NCBI GenBank assembly: GCA_963819815.1
Contig: CAWFXL010000001.1
Coordinates: 1,376,001 to 1,440,000 of the forward strand
Direction: 5' to 3'
Length of the DNA: 64,000 nt
Origin: an uncultured bacterium
GTDB taxonomy: Bacteria; Babelota; Babeliae; Babelales; Babelaceae
Shown here: positions 28,362-38,494 of the stretch, piece by piece
Numbering within the stretch: the stretch's first letter is position 1
Layout of the letters: each line of letters opens with the position of its first letter
Translations under genes and position numbers: made by a program
Notes under the pieces: model-generated
Database searches by the model: none
Seen by the model: the letters and a program-made list of their open reading frames with translations, nothing else
Told to the model about the DNA's origin: nothing

Positions 28362-29414
28362 ATGAGTAACTTTTTCGCAAAATTTATGCCGGCCCGTAAG
28401 CTTTTTAGCTTTTTCTCCAATGATTTAGCGATCGACTTAGGGACAGCAAATACCCTAATCTATGTGCCGAAAAAGGGCATTGTGCTGAATGAACCATCTG
28501 TGGTGGCAGTTAAACTTAGAACCAATCACGTTCTTGCTGCAGGAAGGCTGGCAAAAGAAATGCTTGGAAAAACTCCAGAAAGCATAGTTGCATGCCGGCC
28601 CTTGAGGGATGGGGTAATTGCTAACTTTGAGCTTACTGAAAGTATGTTGCGCTATTTTATTCGAGTAGTCCATGATAATCGCAGAACCTTAGTCAGACCG
28701 CGTATGGTTATTGGTATTCCTTCGGGCATTACTCAGGTTGAGCGGCGTGCTGTTGAAGATGCAGCAAAGCAAGCTGGAGCCCGAGAAGTCTATACCGTTA
28801 TTGAGCCGATGGCTGCTGCGATTGGATCAGGCCTTCCAGTACACGATCCTTCAGGAAGCATGATAGTAGATATTGGAGGGGGTACCACGGAAGTTGCCGT
28901 TATAAGCTTGAAAGATGTGGTCTTTTGCCGCTCTATACGAGTCGGTGGTGATGAGCTTGACCGTGCTATTGTGACCTATGTGAAACGGAAATACAATCTT
29001 CTTATTGGAGAGCGTACTGCTGAAATGATCAAAATTAAGATAGGTACGGTTATGCAGGAGGGTGATGGTGAAGCGGTAGAGGTTAAAGGACGTGACCTGA
29101 TGACTGGAGTTCCTAAAACTATCAAACTGACCAGTGCGGAAGTCCAAGAGTCTTTACGTGAACCAGTTTCGATGATTGTACAAGCGATTCGAGAAGCGCT
29201 TGAAAATACCCCCCCTGAGTTATCTTCAGACCTTGTTGATACCGGTATTATGCTTGCTGGTGGAGGAGCTCTTCTGCGAGGCCTTGATCGTCTTATTGCT
29301 CAAGAAACGGGACTTCCCGTGCGCGTTGCGAAGAATGCACTCTTTGCCGTCGTAGAAGGATGTGGCAAGATTCTTGAAGAACTGGATTTCTTTAGGGATA
29401 CGCTCACAAAATAG
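28362..29414 (+). CDS. mreB: Rod shape-determining protein MreB
   Basis: IDLGTANT, EPSVVA, VDIGGGTTEVA and LAGGGALL motifs. Confidence 0.97.
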   Translation: MSNFFAKFMPARKLFSFFSNDLAIDLGTANTLIYVPKKGIVLNEPSVVAVKLRTNHVLAAGRLAKEMLGKTPESIVACRPLRDGVIANFELTESMLRYFIRVVHDNRRTLVRPRMVIGIPSGITQVERRAVEDAAKQAGAREVYTVIEPMAAAIGSGLPVHDPSGSMIVDIGGGTTEVAVISLKDVVFCRSIRVGGDELDRAIVTYVKRKYNLLIGERTAEMIKIKIGTVMQEGDGEAVEVKGRDLMTGVPKTIKLTSAEVQESLREPVSMIVQAIREALENTPPELSSDLVDTGIMLAGGGALLRGLDRLIAQETGLPVRVAKNALFAVVEGCGKILEELDFFRDTLTK

Positions 29415-29682
29415 TTTTTCACATGAGACCTTCAGGTGCAAAGTATAGGGTGAATTTGGTCACAAAACAGTGATGCATAAGAAGTATTTGAAGAACACAG
29501 TACGGGTTCTTGAGCGACTACCGGTCATTATCTCGTTACTTCGCAGGAAGCTTTTATGAGTAATGTATTATATTTAGGTGAGGTCAATAACCAAATAACT
29601 TGTAATTTTTTTCCAGGAATATTATTCTACAGATACCTGTAGTGGCTTACGGTCTTAGTAATGTAGTCTCGAGGGTAGATCT

Positions 29683-31047
29683 ATGAAATACACAAATTTC
29701 GTTAACCAATTGTTTATGCGCAGACTTATTTTAGGGATTCTCTGTATACAAGGGGTCCTCCCATCCATTAATGCTGCTTCTGATGTTCTTGTAGCTCGGA
29801 AAAAAATTTATCAAAAATCGTTATTGGACCTCTATAAAGTTGAGGGTAAGCAAGTTGCTTGTATACCCTGCAAACCGAAGACATGCGTAACCTGTAAAGT
29901 TCGAAAATGTCATGCCAATCATACCTATTGTACTATCTGCGAAGAGAAATGCCAAAAATGCCCCAAAAGTTGCAATGACTGTAAGGTAAGTTGTGCTATT
30001 TGTCTTGAAAACCATAGGCAAAAGGGAGAAAAAGAAATAGTTCTTGAATGCAATCATGTTTTTGGTGTTGAATGTATCAAAAGCTGGGAAAATGTCTCGA
30101 AGCAGGGAGATTGTCCGGTATGTAGGAAGGTAATCGCTTATAAATTGTGCGCCATATGCAATGAAACGATTTATGAGTGGCAGCCTTCTTGCGAATATGA
30201 TTGTGATTATAGGTGCTGGGGCTGGGAGCGTGAGCACCATGTCTTTCATAGTGAGTGTATAGTGCCATTTGCGGTAACAGCTGCACGTTTCTCAGATAAG
30301 GCTACGCAAGATCTAAAAAACGCAGATATCACCTTTCACTGCCCAGTCCTTCATAAAAAGGGTTCCAACACTTCAAAGACTGATCTTAAAGTGCCGCTAT
30401 GCAAAGTTATACCAGCCAATCAAATCGAAAAACAGTTGCTTCCTGCGCCCTCTGTCGTACGTGATAAAAATAGATGCGACCATTGTCATAGAGCGATAAC
30501 GCCTGAGCAAAAGAGGTCTACCTATTCCTGTAATTATCGAGCTTTTAGCTGGCATAGAGAAGAGCATAATTTCCATGAGGACTGTCTGAAACCTTATGCT
30601 GAAGTAAATGCCCATAAGCAGAAGCTATATGGTAAGGAAACGGGCAAAGTTGTTTTTAATTGTCCTTATGATCATGACCATGGCGTATGGTATCCAGAGT
30701 CCGATTTAGAAATAGATCTTACTCTTTTGCCAGGTTTCAAGCCTGCGGGTGTGGAGTTCTCTTGTGCCGTGTGCAATAAACATGTTGAAATCGATAACCC
30801 TAAGACTATCACAACTTCATTTAGCGGGTTTCCTGAGGGGATTCTTAACGTGGATTGCGTGCAGGAAATCAACTATTACCACCCAAAATGTTTTGGGGAG
30901 TTTGTCGCAAAATATGCTCATAAAAAGTCAACCTCATGGTGGGGTGGTAGGATAAAGGTTGTTTACCCTTGCCCTTGCCATGAAGGCACAAAATGGGCTC
31001 ATGACTATGAGCTGCCTATGGACTTTCCTATTGACGACGCTGCTTAA
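29683..31047 (+). CDS. Secreted Cys/His-rich protein with RING finger (putative eukaryote-like E3 ligase effector)
   Basis: Signal peptide; CAICLE...LECNHVFGVECIKSW...CPVCR; three further RING-like C/H modules. Confidence 0.75.
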   Translation: MKYTNFVNQLFMRRLILGILCIQGVLPSINAASDVLVARKKIYQKSLLDLYKVEGKQVACIPCKPKTCVTCKVRKCHANHTYCTICEEKCQKCPKSCNDCKVSCAICLENHRQKGEKEIVLECNHVFGVECIKSWENVSKQGDCPVCRKVIAYKLCAICNETIYEWQPSCEYDCDYRCWGWEREHHVFHSECIVPFAVTAARFSDKATQDLKNADITFHCPVLHKKGSNTSKTDLKVPLCKVIPANQIEKQLLPAPSVVRDKNRCDHCHRAITPEQKRSTYSCNYRAFSWHREEHNFHEDCLKPYAEVNAHKQKLYGKETGKVVFNCPYDHDHGVWYPESDLEIDLTLLPGFKPAGVEFSCAVCNKHVEIDNPKTITTSFSGFPEGILNVDCVQEINYYHPKCFGEFVAKYAHKKSTSWWGGRIKVVYPCPCHEGTKWAHDYELPMDFPIDDAA

Positions 31048-31059
31048 TAGGCTGGAACT

Positions 31060-31851
31060 ATGACGAACAAAGCTCATGGCTCCGCGCACGGCATTTCGCT
31101 TAAAAAACGCTATGGACAACACTTTTTACGTGAGCAAATCTTTGTCGACCATATGATTGATGCAGTCGACCTTACTGAAAAGTCTTCGGTTTTTGAAATT
31201 GGGTGCGGCGACGGGTTCCTAACGCGTTCACTGTTGAAGACCCCTCTCAAGCGATTATGGGTATTTGAAATCGATGAATCTTGGGCAGAGCATGTAAGTA
31301 AAACGTATCCAGATCAGCGAATGACCATCTTTACTGAAAACATCCTAGAAACCGATTTTTCTCGATTTGGGGCTGATAAGCCCTGGATTTTGCTTGCTAA
31401 CTTGCCTTACCAGATTACCTTTCCTATTTTGTACCGATTGGCTGAGCACAGAACTATCTTACAAGAAGGGGTGATCATGGTTCAGGAGGAGGTAGCCCAA
31501 AAAATACTGAAGACCTCGGGGCGTGGTTATGGCTTTGCTTCGTTATATTTCCAACGTTATTTTATATGGCGCGCCCTTGATAAAGTTCCTCCGGCATCTT
31601 TTTTTCCTCCACCTAAAGTGCAATCAAGGCTTCTCTATTTTGCACCGATTGCAGATCCGCGGCCAATCCCTGAAGAAAAGGAGTTCTGGATTTTTATAAA
31701 GCGGTGCTTTCAGCAACCACGCCGGACTCTCAAAAATAACCTTCAGCCATTCCATTATGATCTTTCTCGAGTTAAAGAATCCACTTTTCTGTTGAGGGCT
31801 CAGCAGATGAGTATGGATGACTTACTTGAATTGTGGAACGTACTTAGCTAG
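31060..31851 (+). CDS. rsmA: 16S rRNA m6,2A dimethyltransferase
   Basis: KKRYGQHFL, EIGCGDG, ANLPYQI, MVQEEVA and FFPPPKVQS motifs. Confidence 0.95.
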   Translation: MTNKAHGSAHGISLKKRYGQHFLREQIFVDHMIDAVDLTEKSSVFEIGCGDGFLTRSLLKTPLKRLWVFEIDESWAEHVSKTYPDQRMTIFTENILETDFSRFGADKPWILLANLPYQITFPILYRLAEHRTILQEGVIMVQEEVAQKILKTSGRGYGFASLYFQRYFIWRALDKVPPASFFPPPKVQSRLLYFAPIADPRPIPEEKEFWIFIKRCFQQPRRTLKNNLQPFHYDLSRVKESTFLLRAQQMSMDDLLELWNVLS

Positions 31852-33034
31852 CATACTGATACGAATCATTCCCTACAGTTGCTTCTAATTTCTTGAAAGC
31901 TTCGCATTTGTTAGAATAGTATGGATGATATAAAAGAGCTTTATCAAGAAAGGCTTGATAAGCTTCTTGGGTCATAAAAGGTATACAAATGGTCTCTTGA
32001 CATGTTAGGCAGATTGGTTGGATATAGGCCTGCTGTTCTTCTGGACGAAGGTCAACTTGTATATGACTTCTTTTCACCTGCTTTGAAGCGTAGAGAAGAA
32101 AAGGAACAAACACTGCTCCAGACAGTGGGTACATATCCAGGTTTTTTCGGTACATCGACTTTGCCCAGCCAAAGGACCACCATTCAACGTGCCCAGGAGA
32201 TTGGGTAACGATACCGCGCATTCCCTGGGGAAGAATCTTATTTAGGAGCGGTCGTAGTGGGGCTGTATAACAAAACTCGATTTGCGTTAAAAGTGGGAAC
32301 TCTTCCTTGCCCTTGAATGTCCGCTCAGAAAGAAAATATTGACTGGTAAAGATATCGATGCGTTGTATTGCATCAGCAAGCGAATACAGGTTATAGATAC
32401 GGCAAAAGGGAGGACGTGCAAAGGTCCTCATCAAGTTTTTGCTGAGAGGGACTCCGATGAGGATAGTTTCATCAATACAAAACGTGTCGTTGCAAAACTC
32501 CGTTGCGCGCAAATGAGCAAAGTTTGAAAACATTGTTCCTCCATGACTATAACCGATAAGGCGGACCTTAAGCCGTTCGTTAGCTTTCGTTTTCTCTTGA
32601 ATGAGGGTTCTTAGCTCTTGGTAAAAGACCCGCGCGGTTCGTACTCGTTCCTTTTCGCTGATAAGACCCGACCATCCAAAGGTGTAGAACTCATTTTTTT
32701 CATTATAACCAAACTGCTTTGCCATTGCGGTATAGAGTTCGCTGAAAATTGCTGCTCCATCTACTGATTGATCAATCGGCGAAACTGCGTGTAATCCGAA
32801 CGGTCCAAGGGGCTGGAGCGTATTTGCGTAAGGGTTTTGTCTATGCTTTATCACATTGCGTTCATAGAGAGATCCCTCGATGCAATCCTTCTTAATTAGG
32901 TTGAGGGTTCTACCATTGAAGTTTACTCCAAGGCCTATAGTGCCGTGCACAAGGATGGTAACCCATTGTTCCCTTTCTTGTGCATGTGTAGAAATGATAA
33001 AAGTTATACTTAAAAGCGCATAGACTGCTTTCAT
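31844..33034 (-). CDS. Secreted alpha/beta-hydrolase-like protein
   Basis: Signal peptide, ILVHGT, FGWSG, GYSHGG nucleophile elbow, NLYSLADAIQ. Confidence 0.65.
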   Translation of the reverse strand: MKAVYALLSITFIISTHAQEREQWVTILVHGTIGLGVNFNGRTLNLIKKDCIEGSLYERNVIKHRQNPYANTLQPLGPFGLHAVSPIDQSVDGAAIFSELYTAMAKQFGYNEKNEFYTFGWSGLISEKERVRTARVFYQELRTLIQEKTKANERLKVRLIGYSHGGTMFSNFAHLRATEFCNDTFCIDETILIGVPLSKNLMRTFARPPFCRIYNLYSLADAIQRIDIFTSQYFLSERTFKGKEEFPLLTQIEFCYTAPLRPLLNKILPQGMRGIVTQSPGHVEWWSFGWAKSMYRKNLDMYPLSGAVFVPFLLYASKQVKRSHIQVDLRPEEQQAYIQPICLTCQETICIPFMTQEAYQAFLDKALLYHPYYSNKCEAFKKLEATVGNDSYQYAS

Positions 33035-33180
33035 CGTCCCCCCCGGATTCTTATTTATATTATACAAATATAATTTAATTGGGGTAAAGAGATTTATGTA
33101 ACTTTATAATAGTAATAAATGCTGATGAACTCTTGTATTCTTGGAGGTAGGTGTCGTAGTCTTAACAAAAAGGGACTGCT

Positions 33181-33876
33181 ATGAAGAATACCCTCATGCT
33201 TTGTTTGCGCTCAGTAAGCGGCATTATACGGATTCTTGGGTACATGTTTGGGATATTCTTTTCAGTTCTTAAGGGGATCTGGAGGATTTCACGTCTTGAA
33301 CATCGGCCTGTAACTATCTTTGGGGGATCGCGGTTGCATCCTGAAAGCATCTATATGAAGAAGGCAAGTGAGCTTGCGCATATGCTTGCTGAGTCAGGAA
33401 TTCCCGTTCTTACAGGTGGGGGTCCAGGCATTATGGAAGCGGCAAGTTGTGGTGCTATGGAAACAAAACAACATGTGATTACTGCCGTGGGCATTACGGT
33501 ACCCGATTTAAATGAAGAAACCCTGCCATATTCCTGTAGTCCTGATGTTATCATTATAAATAATTATGCAGCTCGAAAATGGCTACTTATTGAATATTCG
33601 ATAGGATACGTTGTATTTCCCGGCGGTTATGGGACACTGAATGAGTTCTCAGAGGTCCTGACGCTTATTGAAACTAAGCTTCATCTCAAGGTGCCGATTA
33701 TATTAATAGGGCGTGAGTACTGGCAGTCAGTAGTCACCTGGATATCTGATTCAGCAGTAAAACTTGATCTAGTGCCTCAAGAAGATGCTGATCTATTTAC
33801 GCTAACTGATGATATTCACGAGGCATACCATATTCTTATTTCTGCCCATCCACTTACTAAGGGTGTCAAAAAATAA
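33181..33876 (+). CDS. LOG family nucleotide-monophosphate nucleosidase
   Basis: TIFGGSR, TGGGPGIMEAA, ARK and PGGYGTLNE motifs. Confidence 0.9.
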   Translation: MKNTLMLCLRSVSGIIRILGYMFGIFFSVLKGIWRISRLEHRPVTIFGGSRLHPESIYMKKASELAHMLAESGIPVLTGGGPGIMEAASCGAMETKQHVITAVGITVPDLNEETLPYSCSPDVIIINNYAARKWLLIEYSIGYVVFPGGYGTLNEFSEVLTLIETKLHLKVPIILIGREYWQSVVTWISDSAVKLDLVPQEDADLFTLTDDIHEAYHILISAHPLTKGVKK

Positions 33877-33927
33877 ACAAGTTTGCTAGACACTTCTTTC
33901 AAGCTCTCTTTTGCGAGTGCACACGTA

Positions 33928-35487
33928 TCAGGTATCTTGGGTGCGGTGCTGGGCGAGCAGTTCTTTCTTATTGACCTTGCCTGTTGAGGTTACAGGAAGG
34001 TCCCGTTGAAGATAGAACTGACGCGGTATTTTATAGGGGGCGAGGTTCCTTTGGCACAGGCTTCTGAGCGCTGTAATGATCTCTTCATAGTTGGCTTCAG
34101 GCTCTTTGGTGCCTATGAAGGCAATAGGAATCTCTTCATCATTATTTTTAATGCCGATGACCCCGGCTTGCAACACTGCAGGATAGGAAAGAAGGACATT
34201 CTCCACCTCTTGTGGATAGATCTTCAGACCTTTGTTACTTATAAGTTCACGCTCGCGTCCTGCTAAGACAATTTTGCCATCTTTTGTAAGATAGGCCAGG
34301 TCGCCCGTATTAAGCCATCCCTGTTCTATAATATGCGCCGTTGCTTCCGGAGCATTATAGTATCCCTTCATAAGGTTATCTCCAGAAACCCAGAGGGTGC
34401 CGATTTCTCCTACAGGAAGCGTGGCTCCCCGTTCGTCTTTAATTATGCAGGTAATTCCTGGAAATGCTTTGCCCACACATCCTGCGGGGGTGGTAACATC
34501 GTCAAGATCGACCGAGATGAAAGGAGAGGTTTCTGTAAGTCCATAGCCATTACCAATTTTTCTGCCATAGATGAGGCCAAAGAAGCCACGAATTTTATCA
34601 GAGAGAGCATCTCCTCCTGACACGAAATATTTTACATCGGGAAACTGCAAATTTTTAAGTATGCAAAAAAGGCCAAAGAGCGCAGGAACCGCGATGATGA
34701 GCGTTGGTTTATGTTCGATACCTTTGATAAGAGAACGGCGATCGATTTTAGGGACGATAATTGCCGTAGCACCAACGACCATGATTGCCCAGACACAAAT
34801 GTTTTGAGGAAGGCTATGAAAGAGTGGTAACGGACAAAATACTCGTTCGTTTTTTGCAACTTCGAAAGCCGATACCCCTTGGAGTGTGTTGGTGACGATA
34901 TTCTTTGAGGAGACCATCACTCCCTTAGGAAACCCAGTTGTGCCTGAGGTATATAAGATAGCAACAATATCATCTCCTGATAAGGACTGTGGCTCTTCTT
35001 CAGTATCAAAAGGATCAACGGCTTTGGGTAAAGGGCTCGTTATATCAATATCGCTTATGAGAGGAGGAAGTGGCCCAGCGGGGTACTTTTCGAGTTTCTC
35101 AAGAAGCGTGGGTGATACGATCAGAATTTTTGGTTGTGCTTCTGCTATGATTTGGAATAGTTCCTTTTCACTGAGAAACACATTTAAGGGGACTACGATA
35201 CCGCCTGCATGCCAGACGGCAAAGTAGGCTATATAAAATGAAACAGAGTTTTCATAGTAGAGAATGACGCGCTCATCTTTACGGACACCATATTCTCGTA
35301 GCTTATGGGCAAGAAGTTTTGACCGAAGATAGACTTCTTTATAGGTTAAAGAATCATCATCACAGATAACCATAGTACGTTGTGGCCATAAATGAGCAGC
35401 TCGCTTAAGCAGATCATATGCATGAGTGAGCTTGCCATCAACAGAAAAGGATGCGTAGAGCTTTTCAAACCTTTGTTGTTCAGTCAT
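33928..35487 (-). CDS. Long-chain fatty-acid--CoA ligase
   Basis: YTSGTTGFPKG, GYGLTETSP, TGDL and TGKVNK motifs. Confidence 0.9.
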   Translation of the reverse strand: MTEQQRFEKLYASFSVDGKLTHAYDLLKRAAHLWPQRTMVICDDDSLTYKEVYLRSKLLAHKLREYGVRKDERVILYYENSVSFYIAYFAVWHAGGIVVPLNVFLSEKELFQIIAEAQPKILIVSPTLLEKLEKYPAGPLPPLISDIDITSPLPKAVDPFDTEEEPQSLSGDDIVAILYTSGTTGFPKGVMVSSKNIVTNTLQGVSAFEVAKNERVFCPLPLFHSLPQNICVWAIMVVGATAIIVPKIDRRSLIKGIEHKPTLIIAVPALFGLFCILKNLQFPDVKYFVSGGDALSDKIRGFFGLIYGRKIGNGYGLTETSPFISVDLDDVTTPAGCVGKAFPGITCIIKDERGATLPVGEIGTLWVSGDNLMKGYYNAPEATAHIIEQGWLNTGDLAYLTKDGKIVLAGRERELISNKGLKIYPQEVENVLLSYPAVLQAGVIGIKNNDEEIPIAFIGTKEPEANYEEIITALRSLCQRNLAPYKIPRQFYLQRDLPVTSTGKVNKKELLAQHRTQDT

Positions 35488-35693
35488 CGTGTCTCGGCAA
35501 GTTTTATGACCTGGACAGGGCATGCGGCAGCCGCTTTTTTTATACGTTCTTGATGTGCCTCAAAGTCACCAGATGGATTGACCCTTGATTGATCAGTTAC
35601 CTCAAATATTTCCGGCGCAATAAATTGGCAGGAACCACAAGCTATACAGCCTGGTTCAATTGATGGCCGGAGGATAGGTTTAGAAGTTTTCAA
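35484..35693 (-). CDS. Monocluster ferredoxin
   Basis: CIACGSCQFIAPEIF ... AAAACPVQVI. Confidence 0.85.
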   Translation of the reverse strand: MKTSKPILRPSIEPGCIACGSCQFIAPEIFEVTDQSRVNPSGDFEAHQERIKKAAAACPVQVIKLAETR

Positions 35694-35800
35694 GTTGACC
35701 TCTCGATCCTTAACAGCTAGCCTTATGAGAAAGGGTTACCCAAAGTTTCTCCTTAGGTGATAGGCAGTATACTAAGAATCGACAAACAACGGTAGAGGTT

Positions 35801-36454
35801 ATGCACACTTATTCTTCACAAGGGATTCTGATCACCTTTGAAGGGATTGACGGTTCAGGGAAAACTTCTGCTGCTCATGCTTTATATACCTATTTAAAAG
35901 GGCGCTGCCCTGCCATTCTTACCCGAGAGCCTGGAGGTACTGAGTTTGGGAAGATTCTTCGTACTCTCTTGCAGGGGCGAACCTTTGAACTTGATCCAAA
36001 GGCCGAATACCTCTTATTTGCTGCTGATCGTACACAACACATGCAAGAGCTGGTGCTACCTGCGTTGAGCGAAGGGAAGATAGTTATATCAGATCGTATG
36101 GCTGATTCTTCTTATGCATATCAAGGGTATGGACGGGGAGTAACCCCAGCCATGATTCATGCGATTAATCAGTGGGCTATGCAGGGACGCGAGCCAGATG
36201 TAACAGTCTATGTTATGATTTCTTATGCGGAAGCACGTAAACGTTTAGGGACCAGAAATGAACAAAAAACAGTATTTGAGCGCGAGCAAGAAGAATTTTT
36301 TGAACGTGTGGCACAAGGTTTTGAGGCTGCATTTGCGTTACGGTCACCTGAAAGTATTATTATGAGAGTCGATGGGCACCAGGAGCAAGAACAGGTACAT
36401 GCCGAAATTATTAGGCTCATAGAGCAGTATCTTACACAACGTGGGTTGTTATGA
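35801..36454 (+). CDS. tmk: Thymidylate kinase
   Basis: FEGIDGSGKT, TREPGGT, LFAADR, SDR and AYQG motifs. Confidence 0.96.
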   Translation: MHTYSSQGILITFEGIDGSGKTSAAHALYTYLKGRCPAILTREPGGTEFGKILRTLLQGRTFELDPKAEYLLFAADRTQHMQELVLPALSEGKIVISDRMADSSYAYQGYGRGVTPAMIHAINQWAMQGREPDVTVYVMISYAEARKRLGTRNEQKTVFEREQEEFFERVAQGFEAAFALRSPESIIMRVDGHQEQEQVHAEIIRLIEQYLTQRGLL

Positions 36455-37173
36455 CTATTCAGCATCAGGCGTATTTGTGGATAGGTGCAGAGGAAGAGCT
36501 GCGTCTAAAGACTATTGCATTTGTCCAAAGGGTTTTCTGCACCCAAGAAGGGTGCGGATCCTGTCATACTTGTAAGGCTATCATTGAAAAGCGCCATTAC
36601 GGTATAACATGGCTCGTGCCTGAGAATTATTACACACTTAAGCAGCTTGAACCGTTGTTTCATGTGATAAGCTTTGCCTTAGATCCTCAAGAAAAGCATA
36701 TTATTATCATTGAGCGCGCAGATCTTCTTACGACTGCCTGTGCAAATAGCCTTCTTAAATCTCTTGAAGAGCCGCCTCAAGGGTACCATTTCATTCTATT
36801 GGCTCCTCGCACTGATGGGATATTATCGACTATTGCTTCTCGATGTGTAAAGGATGAAACAACCTCACGGACATCAAGTACGGCTCATAGATTGTTACCC
36901 TATTTTACGCAGCTTAGTGTTTCCTTGGCTGGTGAGCTTATCAAGGAAATTGAAAAAGAACGGGTACCTGAGCATGAGATAGCCTATCTTCTTGATGGGT
37001 GCATGCTGTATTGGCACGGCCGTTTTGTCGAATCTCTTAAAAAAGGAGATTCTCCTATGGCTCAAAAAGCTGGTGCTGTGAGGGATATCATTGAACGAGC
37101 TCGGGAAAAGATGCCCATGCCCGGTAGCTCGAAGCTTTTCTTAAAGAACTTATTTTTATCGATAACTCTGTGA
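36451..37173 (+). CDS. holB: DNA polymerase III delta' subunit-like
   Basis: CGSCHTC and ANSLLKSLEEPP...TIASRC motifs; follows tmk. Confidence 0.8.
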   Translation: MTIQHQAYLWIGAEEELRLKTIAFVQRVFCTQEGCGSCHTCKAIIEKRHYGITWLVPENYYTLKQLEPLFHVISFALDPQEKHIIIIERADLLTTACANSLLKSLEEPPQGYHFILLAPRTDGILSTIASRCVKDETTSRTSSTAHRLLPYFTQLSVSLAGELIKEIEKERVPEHEIAYLLDGCMLYWHGRFVESLKKGDSPMAQKAGAVRDIIERAREKMPMPGSSKLFLKNLFLSITL

Positions 37174-37307
37174 AATACCAGAAACCAAAAAAAACGACAA
37201 TCATCCCAGTAAACTAAAACCGGTATTTCTTGCGAAACGGTACTGCGCAATGCTAGGCTAGAGCATATATACTACCTGTTGCTCACAAAGTCTGATAAGG
37301 AGATTCT

Positions 37308-38111
37308 ATGAAAAGAGTATTAGGCACCATAAGCATATGTTTGAGTATTGCTGCTTTTTGCGAAGCTACCTCTTTATCCGATTTTGATTATGGGGCTGCA
37401 TGGGTTTTACCCATAGCTTTTATATCCGATACCAAGATGGCACCAGCTGATTATATAATCCTTGGAAGAGAAGCTTTTGGCGATGATTCAGGGACCTATG
37501 ATGCCTTTGGAGGGAAAAGAGATCGCGCTGAAGAGAAACACTGTATTGATACTGCTGCGCGAGAATTTGCTGAAGAGGCTCTCTCCCATGAAACTCTTGG
37601 CATGTCACATCATGAAGTTAAGCACTACCTTGAACTCGCTCAAGGAAACACGCTGGCCATTCTTGCTATCCATGATCATAAATACCATGCACGTACAGTA
37701 ACCTATGTTACGCGGTTTTCTCAGGATAGTATTCAAAGGCTTATAATGAACTTCCCCGCAGCGAGGGCGAAAGCTCATCATCATCATGAAAAGGAAAAGG
37801 ACGCGCTTGCTTTAGTAAAACTCTCTGATTTTGAGCAGGCAGTACAAGCAGCTTCAAGCAACTCGGGGGTGACTGTTGCTGCAACCGTAGTGGATCTCCA
37901 GGGTACTACATCTCAAGAGATAATACCGCTGCGGCCTATATTTGTACGGTTATTAAGATGCTATGTTGAAAACAAGCCCTATCAGGAAGGTGATGATTCT
38001 CGTATTCGCTTTTATACGATCGGATCTGATTCAAGAATGGCAAAAACCAGGCTAACGCGCGGTAGTTGGACGAGCGAACGTCCCACACGAAATAGTTTAC
38101 GTTATAAGTAA
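37308..38111 (+). CDS. Secreted Nudix hydrolase
   Basis: Signal peptide, ILGRE, Nudix box FGGKRDRAEEKHCIDTAAREFAEE. Confidence 0.75.
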   Translation: MKRVLGTISICLSIAAFCEATSLSDFDYGAAWVLPIAFISDTKMAPADYIILGREAFGDDSGTYDAFGGKRDRAEEKHCIDTAAREFAEEALSHETLGMSHHEVKHYLELAQGNTLAILAIHDHKYHARTVTYVTRFSQDSIQRLIMNFPAARAKAHHHHEKEKDALALVKLSDFEQAVQAASSNSGVTVAATVVDLQGTTSQEIIPLRPIFVRLLRCYVENKPYQEGDDSRIRFYTIGSDSRMAKTRLTRGSWTSERPTRNSLRYK

Positions 38112-38237
38112 TTCGTCTTTCAAATTTTGTCTCGACAACCCTTGCCTTATACTTGTCAAATATGTTATTTTAAAAATGTAGATAATTGTTGGTTGTGCGG
38201 AAAAAACCAATCTAACTATATAAAAAAAGGAAACTCC

Positions 38238-38363
38238 ATGAAAACAATGTATCTGATATTAACCCTTATAGGTTTGAGTTGTGTTGCAAGTCTTTCTGCT
38301 ATAGAGAGTACGAATAATAATAGTATTGCGAACTATATCAAAACCAAATATTGTGGTAATTAA
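38238..38363 (+). CDS. Small secreted peptide (41 aa)
   Basis: MKTMYLILTLIGLSCVASLSA-IESTNNNSIANYIKTKYCGN*; AAAGGA RBS; followed by a terminator. Confidence 0.6.
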   Translation: MKTMYLILTLIGLSCVASLSAIESTNNNSIANYIKTKYCGN

Positions 38364-38397
38364 ACCTCTGTAATTGTTTTTAAGTATCGCGTTGTTG

Positions 38398-38425
38398 AAA
38401 GGTCCATGCCAATGGACCTTTTTTT
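38398..38425 (+). terminator. Intrinsic terminator
   Basis: AAAGGTCCAT-GCCA-ATGGACCTTT followed by a T run. Confidence 0.7.
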
Positions 38426-38494
38426 CTCGGGTAGTTTTGCTTTTTTTGTGGGTTCTAAAATTCCGGAATGTGTCGTAGCAGAGAAGAGCTGAAA

